The notes below the pieces were generated by a model, which worked only from the letters and a program-made list of their open reading frames with translations, made no database searches and was not told where the DNA came from. From NCBI GenBank assembly GCA_951406725.2, contig OX597814.1:160704001-160768000 (forward strand): DNA of 64,000 bases. The letters run 5' to 3'. Source of the stretch: Octopus vulgaris (Eukaryota). How positions within the stretch are numbered: the stretch's first letter is position 1; the number at the start of each line of letters is the position of its first letter. This document shows, in pieces, positions 52,991 to 64,000 of this stretch. A program made the translations under genes and the position numbers.

Positions 52991-53208
52991 CGACTCATGC
53001 AAGCATGGTGTGATGATGATAAGATATATGTAAAATTCCTGTTGGTCAGGACTAAGTTTTATCTGACAGCATGTTCAACCAGTCTGGATGAACAAACTGT
53101 CAGATAAAACAAAGTTCCAGTCTACACAAACTTTACCATAAATTTAGCTATTCTCATTACTGAGTTCCTCTATCATCAAATGTTCTATTGGTTATTCTTA
53201 AACTTCAT

Positions 53209-53436
53209 TTAACCTAATAGCAATATAGTTTATTCTGTCAAATGTAATGCTTATTTATAGACATTGTGTTGAATTAGTCAAGCATTATCTCACAGCTCCA
53301 AAATTTCAATGTTGTGATAGTATTTTTTCAGAATAACATCATAGGATAGGCGAAAGAGGCTGGATCTGGTTGGTTTGAACATAAAACATGTAGCATATTT
53401 GGGCCAGATACAGCTGGTTTAAATGCTAAAAGGATA
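53209..53436 (-). mobile_element. piggyBac-type MITE family B
   Basis: Same internal sequence as 57273-57501; degenerate TIRs. Confidence 0.8.
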
Positions 53437-54521
53437 GAATAATAACCACAACTTAATGTGTGGTTGTAGTAGCAAAATATTCAAACAGTCAGGATACTTC
53501 CATTTTATGAAAAATTTGAAGAACAGTAACTTGTAATAGTTTCCAGTTACCAAATACTGAATCATTTTACAGCCCATACTTAAACCATGTGTGTGCATGT
53601 GCACACATGCAGTGTAGTATATGGACAATGCTAGACAAAAGATAATACACTGCAAGTGTTTACAAATATATAAAATAACCCAGTAAAATCTGTGAAGATA
53701 TACAGGACAAATTTAAGTCATAATTTCAAATTAATCTTTTTATTTCATAAAATAATTACTATAAGTTTGGAGTATGTCTACAGACTGCATGTACCATGCT
53801 TTCAACACTGTCTGCTGTGGGTTGGGTTGGGGGGGTTAAATAGTATTTATATAACTAGAAACATCTGTAAAAACTGAACAGGGAATAGAAAATATGTTTG
53901 TATATAACATAATAAATCAAAACTCAAAGCCTTCTACTTTATCCTCACTCACTTTTCTTTTATTAGATATATTTTTTAATGTTGTTTGAAAATACCCTGC
54001 TGTAGCACACATTATTTTCACTAAAAGCAAATAGAACTCCCCATTGCTTTCCATGTACTTGAACACTCCAGATAAGATCAATATCTTTTAAAGGAAAAGA
54101 ATATCAAACAAATTGTATCTAATATATGTATATTATGGTTGTTATTATTTAATATCAAATAGGTTAATTTGAAAGTTTATTTCATAGGTTTTCCCATGTG
54201 CGTTTGTGTGCGCGCGCTCCTGTGTGGGAGGTTTGTGTCCATTGTCATGTAATAATTATGAGTATATATTTCATGCATTTGGTATCCATTATCAATCTTA
54301 CATGCAAACATGTCTGGTCATGGGGAAATATCACCTCGCTTGGAAACAGGCAAGAGTTGGTGACAGGAAGGGCATCTGACCATACAAAATCTGCCTCAAC
54401 AAATAAAATTCAATCTAACTCATGCAAGCATGGAGAAATGAATATCAAAATGATATTTTCATTAAAAACAAAAACAAATATGCATACAAATGACACAACT
54501 CTTCACTTCTGCAAATAGGCT

Positions 54522-54746
54522 CAGTGGTTTTCAACCAGGGTCCATACAAGATTTTAAGTGCAATTAATTACTTATACTTCTGCAATACACAAAATATTTT
54601 AATTTATTTTTTATACAATTCCTAATAATACTTAATTATAAAAATACAGTAGGATTTTCTTTTATATATACATTAATTATGGGGGTCCCATAGGGTAAAA
54701 TAGGAATCAAAGGGGTCCACTGGCAAAAAATAGTTGAGAACCACTG
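54522..54746. mobile_element. hAT-type MITE
   Basis: TIRs CAGTGGTTTTCAAC / GTTGAGAACCACTG with internal GGGGTCC motifs; the TSD is eroded. Confidence 0.75.
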
Positions 54747-56856
54747 ATAGAGTCTAGGGAATTCATAAAACTTCAATGCTTTCATGAAAAGACCTTGAAA
54801 ATATCCTCTAATGAGACCATAAAATCTTGTCACTTTCAACAGTTCTAAAATACAATCACTTGCTAAAATAGTCTAAAACAATATGTAAGTAAACCCTCTA
54901 AGTTGTTACAGATGCTGGATAAAATCAATTTATGATGACATTTCCTTGTGATCCGTTCAAAAAACATAAGCTAAAAGTGTACTCAAAAAGGTGAGTTTTG
55001 TGCCAGTCTTACAAAACCCAAATGAAACATACAATGGAATATTGCTCCGTTTTTGACAGTGCTATTGCCTGCTACACATGTACAATCCACAGACACACAC
55101 ACATCCTAGACCACATCCAAAAGAAGCTCCTCATAATTAGCTCATAGATACACCCATCTTTTTCTTGTCACTCTTGCAGTATTTCATCTCACTTAGGTAC
55201 CATACAAACTGCAATGTCTAATCTTTCATCTCCTGAGCATCAAACATTCAGAATTCCCTCCTTGGCCATATTTTATCTGCTGAGATTAACTTACTAATGT
55301 TCAAATTAAACACCAATCATGTTCATCTCAGCAAGTCTTGGAGAACCTGCAATGGTCATGAGCATTGTCCCTTGTTCAGAGTGTCAAATGAAATGTGTTG
55401 CAATATTTATTTTAGATGTCTAAGTTCAATGCTCAACTTCCACTGAGATGAATTTTGCCTTTTGTCTTTTCAAGGGCCAGTAAAGAAAATACTACATACT
55501 GTTGCGGCTCTCTCAATTACCAACTGTCACACCCTATATGTTCTGCTGTGTCATGGGTTGGGAACTGAGAAGTGTCTATGTCTATTTGTGGCTTCATGGG
55601 TACATAAAACAATTAGTGAAACCCTGGTATATGCTACCAAGTCACCCTCAGTCCTGAGTGATGGTTGTACTTTATCTAGAACTGCATGATGTTACAAAAT
55701 TTGCTGCAGCGCTCCATCACGTACTCCATCTATCAAATGTCCATAACATTTCAATAGAAAGTTTTGCTGACAGCTAGTCATACATAATATTCATGTGAAT
55801 ACTGTTAATTGCCAGAACATAAAGAGGATGCTGTGTAGTAATCTAGAGGGAGACAGACATATAAAACAGTTCATGCAAGTAGGATTAACATTTTCAATAC
55901 ATGGCAGAACATATCAATGTTATTACGATAGTGTAAAACACAGCTATGTTACTGAGAAATGGAATGCACATTTTATTTTGTACATTTGGAGACAATAGAT
56001 TTATTAGTTACAGTATTGCTGAAATAATGGTTTAATTTAGTTTGTTGTAATCATCCTTCTATATAATCATAAAATAACAGAAATATATAAATTTATTCAA
56101 ATATATGGGTAGTTGTTTTAACCTATTTCCATAAGCTGACAACACGCAAACTAGCTGATTAAATTGCCTCTTATCAGAAATAGTATTAAGCAAATTACCC
56201 TTCAACAAATCAACCTCTGTCCAGTAAAGAATTCATAAAAACAAATAAATAGGTTATGTATTATCCATTAAAGCCCAATCAGGCAAATCTTCATATATTT
56301 TTTTCTTCCTGTGGCATCCTTCAAAAAAAATTGCAAAATTTTAAAAATATTAGCTAAAATTGATTTGTACAACATGTGGTCTAGTCATACAAAAATGGTG
56401 AAAAAAAACTAATACACTTAATAATTCTATAAGAAATAATGTTACACATGAAAAATAAGAAATCCAGTTAATTTGTATTAATCAACATTAACGAGATCAA
56501 CAACAGTAACAGTTGTGAAGTCTAATGAAAACAAGAATACTTACAATATATTTTGATATAGATATCTTTCATTTAAGCCCATGCTATAAAGTAGTTGGTA
56601 ATGGCATAAAATATGCCAAAAGCACATGTCATATGCAACAACAAAACAGTGACATGCTTTTCTCTGCTGTTGTATGAACATAGAAAAAGGATCCCGCCAC
56701 ATGCAGCATGATGCTGCCATCCAACCCATACCAACAAGGAGGAGGAGGATATACCACCGCCTACTTACAGAGGCAACTTACATACTTCATAGAAAACTAA
56801 TTATAGTAAAAGAAAAAATTCATGTCTCTCCTAATTTACATCAGTGTATGTAGGTG

Positions 56857-56891
<35 letters not shown>

Positions 56892-56919
56892 AAACAGAAA
56901 GTCCTTGGTACAGTATTTT

Positions 56920-56954
<35 letters not shown>

Positions 56955-57272
56955 AATAACCATATATAAATTAATTCATAAACAAATATTCTTGGCCATA
57001 CTTCAACAACTGAAGCCAGCAAAAGTATAACAGAATATATAAATAGATTTTATAATACATGTTCAAAGGAATCAATCTACAATGCTTAGACTAAAAAACT
57101 ATCAGTGAAATTTTCCAGAAATTTGTTTTAAAAAGAAAAAAATTCTCTCTATACACACAACTCTTCATACACAAATTCCAAGCTTTGCTCTAATTTTTAT
57201 ATTTGTTAAGTGAAATTCTTGAAAGATTACAAATCAATGCTGAAGCTGACTGAATTCATTAAAAATGTCAGT

Positions 57273-57501
57273 TTAACCCTTTAGTGTTCAGAATACTCTG
57301 TTAAATGTAATACTTTTTCACTCAAATTGTTTTGAATTAATCATGCATTATCTTATAGCTTTGGGGTTTCAATGATGTGATTGTTTATTTTCAGAATGGC
57401 ATTGTAGGTTAGGAGTGAGAGGCTAGATATCGCCAGTTTGAATATAAAACATGTAGAATATATTGGGCCGGATTTGGCCGGTTTAAACACTAAAAGGTTA
57501 A
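57273..57501 (-). mobile_element. piggyBac-type MITE family B (best preserved copy)
   Basis: TTAA|CCCTTTAGTGTT ... AACACTAAAAGG|TTAA. Confidence 0.9.
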
Positions 57502-57894
57502 GGAATTAGAAACAAACCAAAAGCAGTCATTAATTAGAAAAGAGCTCTCACAATTTCAAGTTATTCATAGATTGCAGAAACCAGCAATTTAAAAATATTT
57601 ACCATTCTTTATTTACAATAAAATTTCCAACCTAATAAATCAAATAATTCCTCAATACTACACGATTTTTACCTCCTAAACAGATTTCATATAAATTTTC
57701 CAGCAATTTTATAGAGAAAAAGCAGCTTGTTGGTACAGCATGTCAGTAAAACAAATATGATGCTGTACCAACTCCATTCAAGTTGCTGAAGGAGTAAAAA
57801 TTAATAACATAATCCAGCCAAACCAAAATGAAAATGAAGATTATTAGAATTGTAAACAAATGATTTGAATCAGCCAAGTCAATTTAATAGTTTG

Positions 57895-58245
57895 TGACTG
57901 TGTGGTTAACGAGTTCACTTTGCAACCACATGGTTACAGGTTCAGTCCCTCAGTGCAGCACCTTGGGCAAGTGTCTTCTACTATAACCCTAGGCTGACCA
58001 ATGCCTTGTGAGTGAATTTGATATACAGAAACTGTGGGGAAGTTCTGTGTGTGTGTGTCCCACCTCCAGTGCTTGACAACTGGTGTTGGTTTGTTTGTAT
58101 CCCTGTAACGAAAGCAACTGACAAAATAAGTACCAGACTTTAAAAAAAAAAGTACTAGGGTGTATTTATTTGACTAAACCCTTCAAGGTGGTGCCCCAGA
58201 ATGGTTGCAGTCCAATGACTGGAACAAGTAAAAGATAAAAAGATA
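57895..58245 (+). mobile_element. tRNA-derived SINE
   Basis: A/B boxes plus the shared core and tail. Confidence 0.85.
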
Positions 58246-58568
58246 TGAAATGGAATTTGGTGGTATGCCATGAAGAGAAATAAATTCTAAAATATTATGC
58301 AGTGACTGTATATCAGATTCTTTCACAATATTCATAAAAGAGATATGATACAGCAAAAGACATTTACAAAGACTATGAAAGCACTAAGACCAATTAATCC
58401 TCTCAGCAACAGTTTCCTGCCATAATCTATAACCATAACAAGATTTTCTTGATTATAATAAACAAGTTACTAAGTTTTAACAATGGAAACATACACATAT
58501 AAACATTACTTAAACATACATGATCAACTTATCAGAAAAACTATTCCTGTGAGAGTGTGTGTGTGTGT

Positions 58569-58610
<42 letters not shown>

Positions 58611-59034
58611 CATGTTGAAATTACACCGAGGTCAATTACTATTTAATCGTTTGGGAGGTGGAGGGGCATAAATAAAGCACTAGTAAGTACTGGGTTGTCT
58701 CTTCTCCCTCACGCACACTATCTAAAAGACATCAGCTTTGTTCAGACCTAGAACAAGATAGGGTCCATCAGATTTAAAATGTCCTGCCCTGCACATACCC
58801 TATGTCATGATGATACCACTAAGACTCAGTCAGAAGTTGGACCTCCACCGTAATATAAACATTACCAGTAATAGAAAGAGGACATTAATAATGATGACAG
58901 TGATGTGTGCGTACATGAATATCTTGTGAACTTTCTTATAACAAAAATCTTTTGTTAAGGTTATACAGGGAAAGAATTTGTCTTATTCAACCAAGCCAAT
59001 GCAGGAATGAAAAGTCTACAAAATGATAATGATA

Positions 59035-60180
59035 TATTGGGTTGCCAGATAAATTTGTTTTTTAGTCCAATGTTATTTGAATTAACATGTAAAATATTTT
59101 TTACATAGTGTTTTATGTTGTTGTAGTTGGGGTTTTTTTTTTTTTTTGCAGCTCTATTCTTTCTCTACAACTTTTACTTATTGTTTTCAAAATTTAAATA
59201 AATTTACCTCTTTTCAGGCATATGATGAGGGAGTGCCAATTAGAAAAGCATTTTTGGCACCTGCTTCTCTTTGCTTTCGATCAAGGTTCAAAGCTGCCCA
59301 AAGTCATTCAAAGACATTTGTGCTGTGTACAAAGTTGCTACCATTACCAAAAGAGCTATACAGAAATTTTTTTTTCCATGCTTCAAGGCGGGGAAATTCA
59401 ACTTCACAGGCTCTCTGCATTCCAGCCAATCTGTTCAATTCAATGAGACTTAGTTGAACAAGTTCTTCCATGAGGACCTGTGCCAATCTGTCAGGAAACT
59501 GGCCTAAGAGATGGAATACTTTTATGAGGCCATGACCTGTCATCTTCATTTAATGAGAAAGGTCCATGGGTGTCGCACACTCTGAATGTAAGAGAAACTC
59601 TAGCACTGCTAGTATACTTGCTTGACACCAGGGTACTTGTAGACACAAACAGATTTCTTTACCGCATCACTCTCGGAGTAGTTGGCGTTAGGAAGAGCAT
59701 CCAGCTGTAGAAATTCTGCCAAATCAGATTGGATCCTGGCGCAGCCATCTGGTTCGCCAGTCCTCAGTCAAATCGTCCAACCCATGCTAGCATGGAAAGT
59801 GGACATTAAACGATGATCATCATCATCATCATCATCAACAACAGCAATGAAAAATGGTATCTTTAAATCAATACAAAGCAGAGGAATGGTTATCCAAGTC
59901 CTGAGAGGTAAGTGACACTGCAAGCCCAGCCAGAGTTACATCCATGCAAAACAATGATCTGTGTTTGGTTGTATTGGGATGGGCTAATCCATTACAAAAT
60001 GCTTGAAAACACCCACAGTCAGTGCAGAGCTTTACATTCAGCAAATGCACTGGCTCAACACAATAATCCACCTCTAATGACCCGACATACTTCAACATAA
60101 TGCTCGCCCATGTATCGCTTATTTGGCAAAGAATGCTATTCAAGAGTTCAGTCGGGAAGTTCTACCACACCCACTATATT
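59035..60180 (+). mobile_element. Old decayed mariner (Mos1/SETMAR-like transposase remnant) interrupted by a SINE tail
   Basis: Fragments ECQLEKHFWHLLLFAFDQGSK, KDICAVY, FKAGKFNF, RFLYRI..NEKW and PELHPCKTMICVWLYWDGLIHYKMLE; a TIR-like tattgggttg near 59035. Confidence 0.8.
59668..59838 (+). mobile_element. 5'-truncated SINE/retroposon tail (ggttggcgttaggaagggcatccagc family)
   Basis: Matches the copies at 17160-17540 and 20800-21045; ends in ttaaacgatgat/(CAT)n. Confidence 0.85.
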
Positions 60181-60499
60181 GTCTCTCTCACACACACCCA
60201 CACATATAATTACTATTATGAGGCTTCAATTAAAAGTTGCTTACACAGTAATTTTAACATTTTCTAATATAAAATGCATTTAATTTGATATTAAACTCAA
60301 TGATACTTAAAAATTCAGAATTAAAATTACACCTAAAACTAAAAATATTAATAAAAAAAAAATTAATAACAAGGTGTTTTTAAATCAATTCTTCCATAGT
60401 CTTATATTTATAGAAGTTATTCTTTTTTTTCTTGATTTCTATATATTTATTTCTATGTCATAAATAAACAAATATTTTTTAATCTTATACATAAAACTG

Positions 60500-60645
60500 T
60501 AGTATATATGAATATATTATATATATAAAATACTATTGTATATAAAGAAATATAGAAATGCTATTATATATAAAGAAATATATATAAAAGATACTATTAT
60601 ATATAAAGAGATATAAAAATACCATTATATATAAAGATATACTAA
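60500..60645. repeat. AT-rich minisatellite (~26-30-bp unit: atactattatatataaagaaatatataaa)
   Basis: About 5 imperfect tandem copies. Confidence 0.7.
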
Positions 60646-61019
60646 ATCCTATGAAAATATTTTAAGTAACAAAGAGCAAAATGAAAATATTGTTCACAAA
60701 AGCTAAGAAATAAAACCAGACACAATTACCATGGTTGACAACCACTTAAATAGTGTGAGAAAAAAGAACAGAAATAGTAACAGAATACAGCAAAGCCAAA
60801 GGTGGAGTCAAATGTAAAAGCACATGTATCTACATGTGTTTTCCAGGGACTATTATTATACTCTAGTTGAATAACTACAATGCATAAAACTGAAATGAAA
60901 CCTACCATGAAACTTTTTTTTTTTTTACTTTCAATAAGACACCATAACTACAAAAACATTTTTCAAAGTATATTTGATCAGTCAGTTAAAAAAAAAAATG
61001 AATATCAATGCAAAGATAT

Positions 61020-61252
61020 TTAGCATTTAAAACAGCCATATCAGGCTCAAATATTCTACCTGTTCTATGTTTGAACTGGCCAGATCCAGCCTATCACCCC
61101 TACCCAACAAAGTCATTTTAGAAATATACAATCACATCATTGAACCCTTAAAGCTGCAAGACAGTGCATGATTAATTCAAAGCAATGTGAATAAATAAAT
61201 AAATAAACAAGCATTACATTTGACAGAATAATATGAATGTTAAAAGGCTAAT
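61020..61252 (+). mobile_element. piggyBac-type MITE family B
   Basis: ttagcatttaaaacagccatatc ... gaatgttaaaaggctaa, with the shared internal sequence. Confidence 0.8.
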
Positions 61253-62569
61253 TTACTATTTTCTTTAATCTTAGTTTGTAATTGAAGCACTCGCTCTCAC
61301 TCTCTCTCTAAGGATACAGATGGAATATTAGCAAGTAGGATTAGGCTGGCTGTAAATTAGGTCTGCATCTCATTTCATAACACCCACTAAAATTACACTA
61401 CATAAGCATGTGCCATCTCTTACATGATCACTTGGCATGCTAGAAATAGCAACCAAATATCCCTAAAAATCACACCCAACCACCTATAAAATGAAGATGA
61501 AAATACATTATATATCAGAATGGAAGGGATAATCACTACTAGAACACTTTTGATCAGCAGTCAGCTCAATCATAGTTGACCAAAGCCGAAACAAGAACAA
61601 AAACATAAGCAAAATGAAACATTCAGAGAGTGTTAAATAATATCCTCAAACACCAATGAATCTTCACAAATACTCAGTTATAGGTATCTTATGGTGTGGA
61701 TAAGACATGTGCTTTGCAATTCCATGGTTTGGGGTTCAAACTCACTGCATAGTAGTAGAATCTTGGGCAAATGTCTTCTGCCAAAACCTCAAGCTGACCA
61801 ATAACTTGTGAGTGAAATCTGGTAGATGGAAACCGAAGAAATCAGAGGTAGTTCTTTATTTTGGGAGATAGTCTTAATCCGTCACCTAGTTAAACACTGC
61901 CATCTTGAGTACTTCTAGCAAATCCATTTTATAGGAAGCATTCAGGCCAAGTCCCTGGTCTGAGCATAACATCCTTTTGCCAATCATAAGTGCCTCAAAA
62001 AGGGTCATAGCAGGATGGGCAGTAGCCAAGCCATGAAAATAAGTCCACATTAATTGTAAATCAAAACACTTGAAATATACCCATGACATGTAATTTTATT
62101 TGGAAATAATCAAATCTATCCAAATATCAAAATAGAAAAAACAAAATCCAGAACATATTTCTTTATGTGTGGGCAGGGACAGGACACAAATCTTTGAGCT
62201 TAAGTTCACCAAACAATGACAAATAGATCACCAATCCTACATAGACGAGTATCTTAAAATAATCACATCTATTTATAAAGCTACTAAATACAATAGTTAA
62301 GCACTGGTTTTAAGAACACATAGCCTCATCATTATTATTTAACATCTGTTTTCCATGCTGGCATGGGTTGGATGGTTTGTCAGGAGCTGGCAAGCCAGAG
62401 AGCTGCATGCATCAAGCTCCAGTCATCTGTTTTGGCAAGTGAAATGGAGTGTTTTGCTTAAGAACAAATCACATCACCCAGTTCAGGAACCAAAACCATA
62501 ATCTTATGATCATGCATCCAACACACTAACCACTAAGCCATGTGCCTCCATGAAGTTAAGATATAGATG

Positions 62570-62873
62570 TTTGTTCCTTCTCAAGCCACGCCTGGCTCAT
62601 AAGGGTTGGTTTCCCGGTTTCCTTGGCATATAGGTTCCCCACCTGGACAATACGCCGATCCGTCGCAGATGAGCTGCTAGATGCAGGAGGAAAGAGTGAG
62701 AGAAAGTTGTGGCGAAAGAGTCAGCAGAAGTTCGCCATTACCTTCTGCTGGAGCCGCGTGGAACTTAGGTGTTTCGCTCATAAAAACACACATCGTCCGG
62801 TCTGAGATTTGAACCTGCGATCCCTCGACCGCGAATCCACTGCTCTAACCACTAGGTCATGTGCCTCCACGAT
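62570..62873 (-). mobile_element. tRNA-derived SINE with a 9-bp TSD
   Basis: ATATAGATG at 62561-62569 and 62874-62882; tRNA head at the right end; 3' part similar to 22406-22664. Confidence 0.85.
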
Positions 62874-64000
62874 ATATAGATGACTATATTCAGATTTATT
62901 CATGTAATGTTTCTTGGTTGTTTTTGCTTTTTCATTCTATTGAAAGCTATTATGGAGAGGTGGGAAGGGTTACTTCAGCACAGATATGTGCAAAATTTGC
63001 CTTTGAAGTGTTCATACCATCACTTCAGTTAACTTGACATTGTATAGTCTGCAGTGTTAACTGAAACTAAAAACCAAAAAGAACAAATGACAATTGAGAA
63101 TACATTTTTATTATTTTCTCTTTTTTTTTTTAAATTTTTTGTTAGATGTAAATGACCTGTAGAAAACCAGTGTCAAAATACAAGCAACATCAATAACAAA
63201 TATGATCGAACTAATACTAAGTTAATGCATTAATAATTCATAACATTAATGATCAGAATAATATTAACCAAAACTGTTTCAGTGTTACAAATGAATGAAT
63301 AGACATGCTCAATTATTTTTACTTTTATAAGTTCAATAATTCCTTAACAGATCAATTGATATTAAAGTTAAGATATTTGTATAGATTTTACAACTATTTC
63401 AAAGAGACATTGTGCATATTCTAAGCTTCAAGCAATCTGCAATCAATAATACATTTGACATTTGAAAGAACATGCAACCATAGAATCTTTCACTTCAGTT
63501 TTACTTCAAGTGTATTTAATACAACATACCCCATTAGGAGTCTGAGCTATGTTAGCAGCTCAGACTCCTAGTTTAAAGAACCATCTAGAAGCAGATGCTG
63601 GTGGTGATTGACCATTGTTTATGTTTAATAATGCTCCACAATGAGTATCTAGTTTCTTTCGATCCTACATCTGCAAATTTTCAGACCCATATAGTTTAAA
63701 AACAGCTCTTGAAGAGATCAGTGGGTCTACTATATATGCATATAATATTTGTAACAAACAATACAGTTTGAATCCTAAAGCATCACCAAATAATATAGCA
63801 GACTTTATCACTAGATGGGAAGTGGAAAATAAGAAGGGCAAAGAAGAGGTTAGGACTCTTCTATAACATCCAATATTTCAGAGGCTAATACAATAATTTG
63901 TTTAGCAAAATAGTATGAACATTACAAAATAACAAGAAAGTCAAATGAGATAAGTGATCAATAGATCAATAAAACCAAACTAAAGCACGAAAAATTCTAT

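Noticed and set aside
55090-55740. Possible decayed LINE fragments
   Set aside because: No unambiguous motif could be recovered by eye.
62800-62870. tRNA gene-like sequence (also other A/B-box hits)
   Set aside because: These are SINE heads: no complete cloverleaf, and they continue into SINE core and tail with TSDs.

Overview
AT-rich, repeat-dense eukaryotic DNA. The tRNA-derived SINE families, microsatellites and MITEs look like an octopus/coleoid cephalopod genome (recognition, not a database result). The window is almost entirely intronic sequence of one minus-strand gene, a RalGPS-family Ral guanine-nucleotide exchange factor. I can assemble four confident and one tentative in-phase GT-AG exon (50790-50705?, 19798-19669, 15590-15477, 11833-11783, 4902-4819) encoding the N-terminus and start of the CDC25/RasGEF domain; the gene continues off the left edge. 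The introns hold a full-length defective mariner with perfect 37-bp TIRs, a second decayed mariner, a complete non-autonomous Helitron carrying a decayed 4 x 23-aa STPR-like repeat, Penelope-like remnants with minimal hammerhead motifs, piggyBac- and hAT-type MITEs, LINE fragments, many SINEs, a near-perfect 315-bp direct duplication around a 445-bp insert, and a ~335-bp fold-back. Nearly all ORFs in the supplied track are spurious. No prokaryotic-type system or CRISPR array is present.
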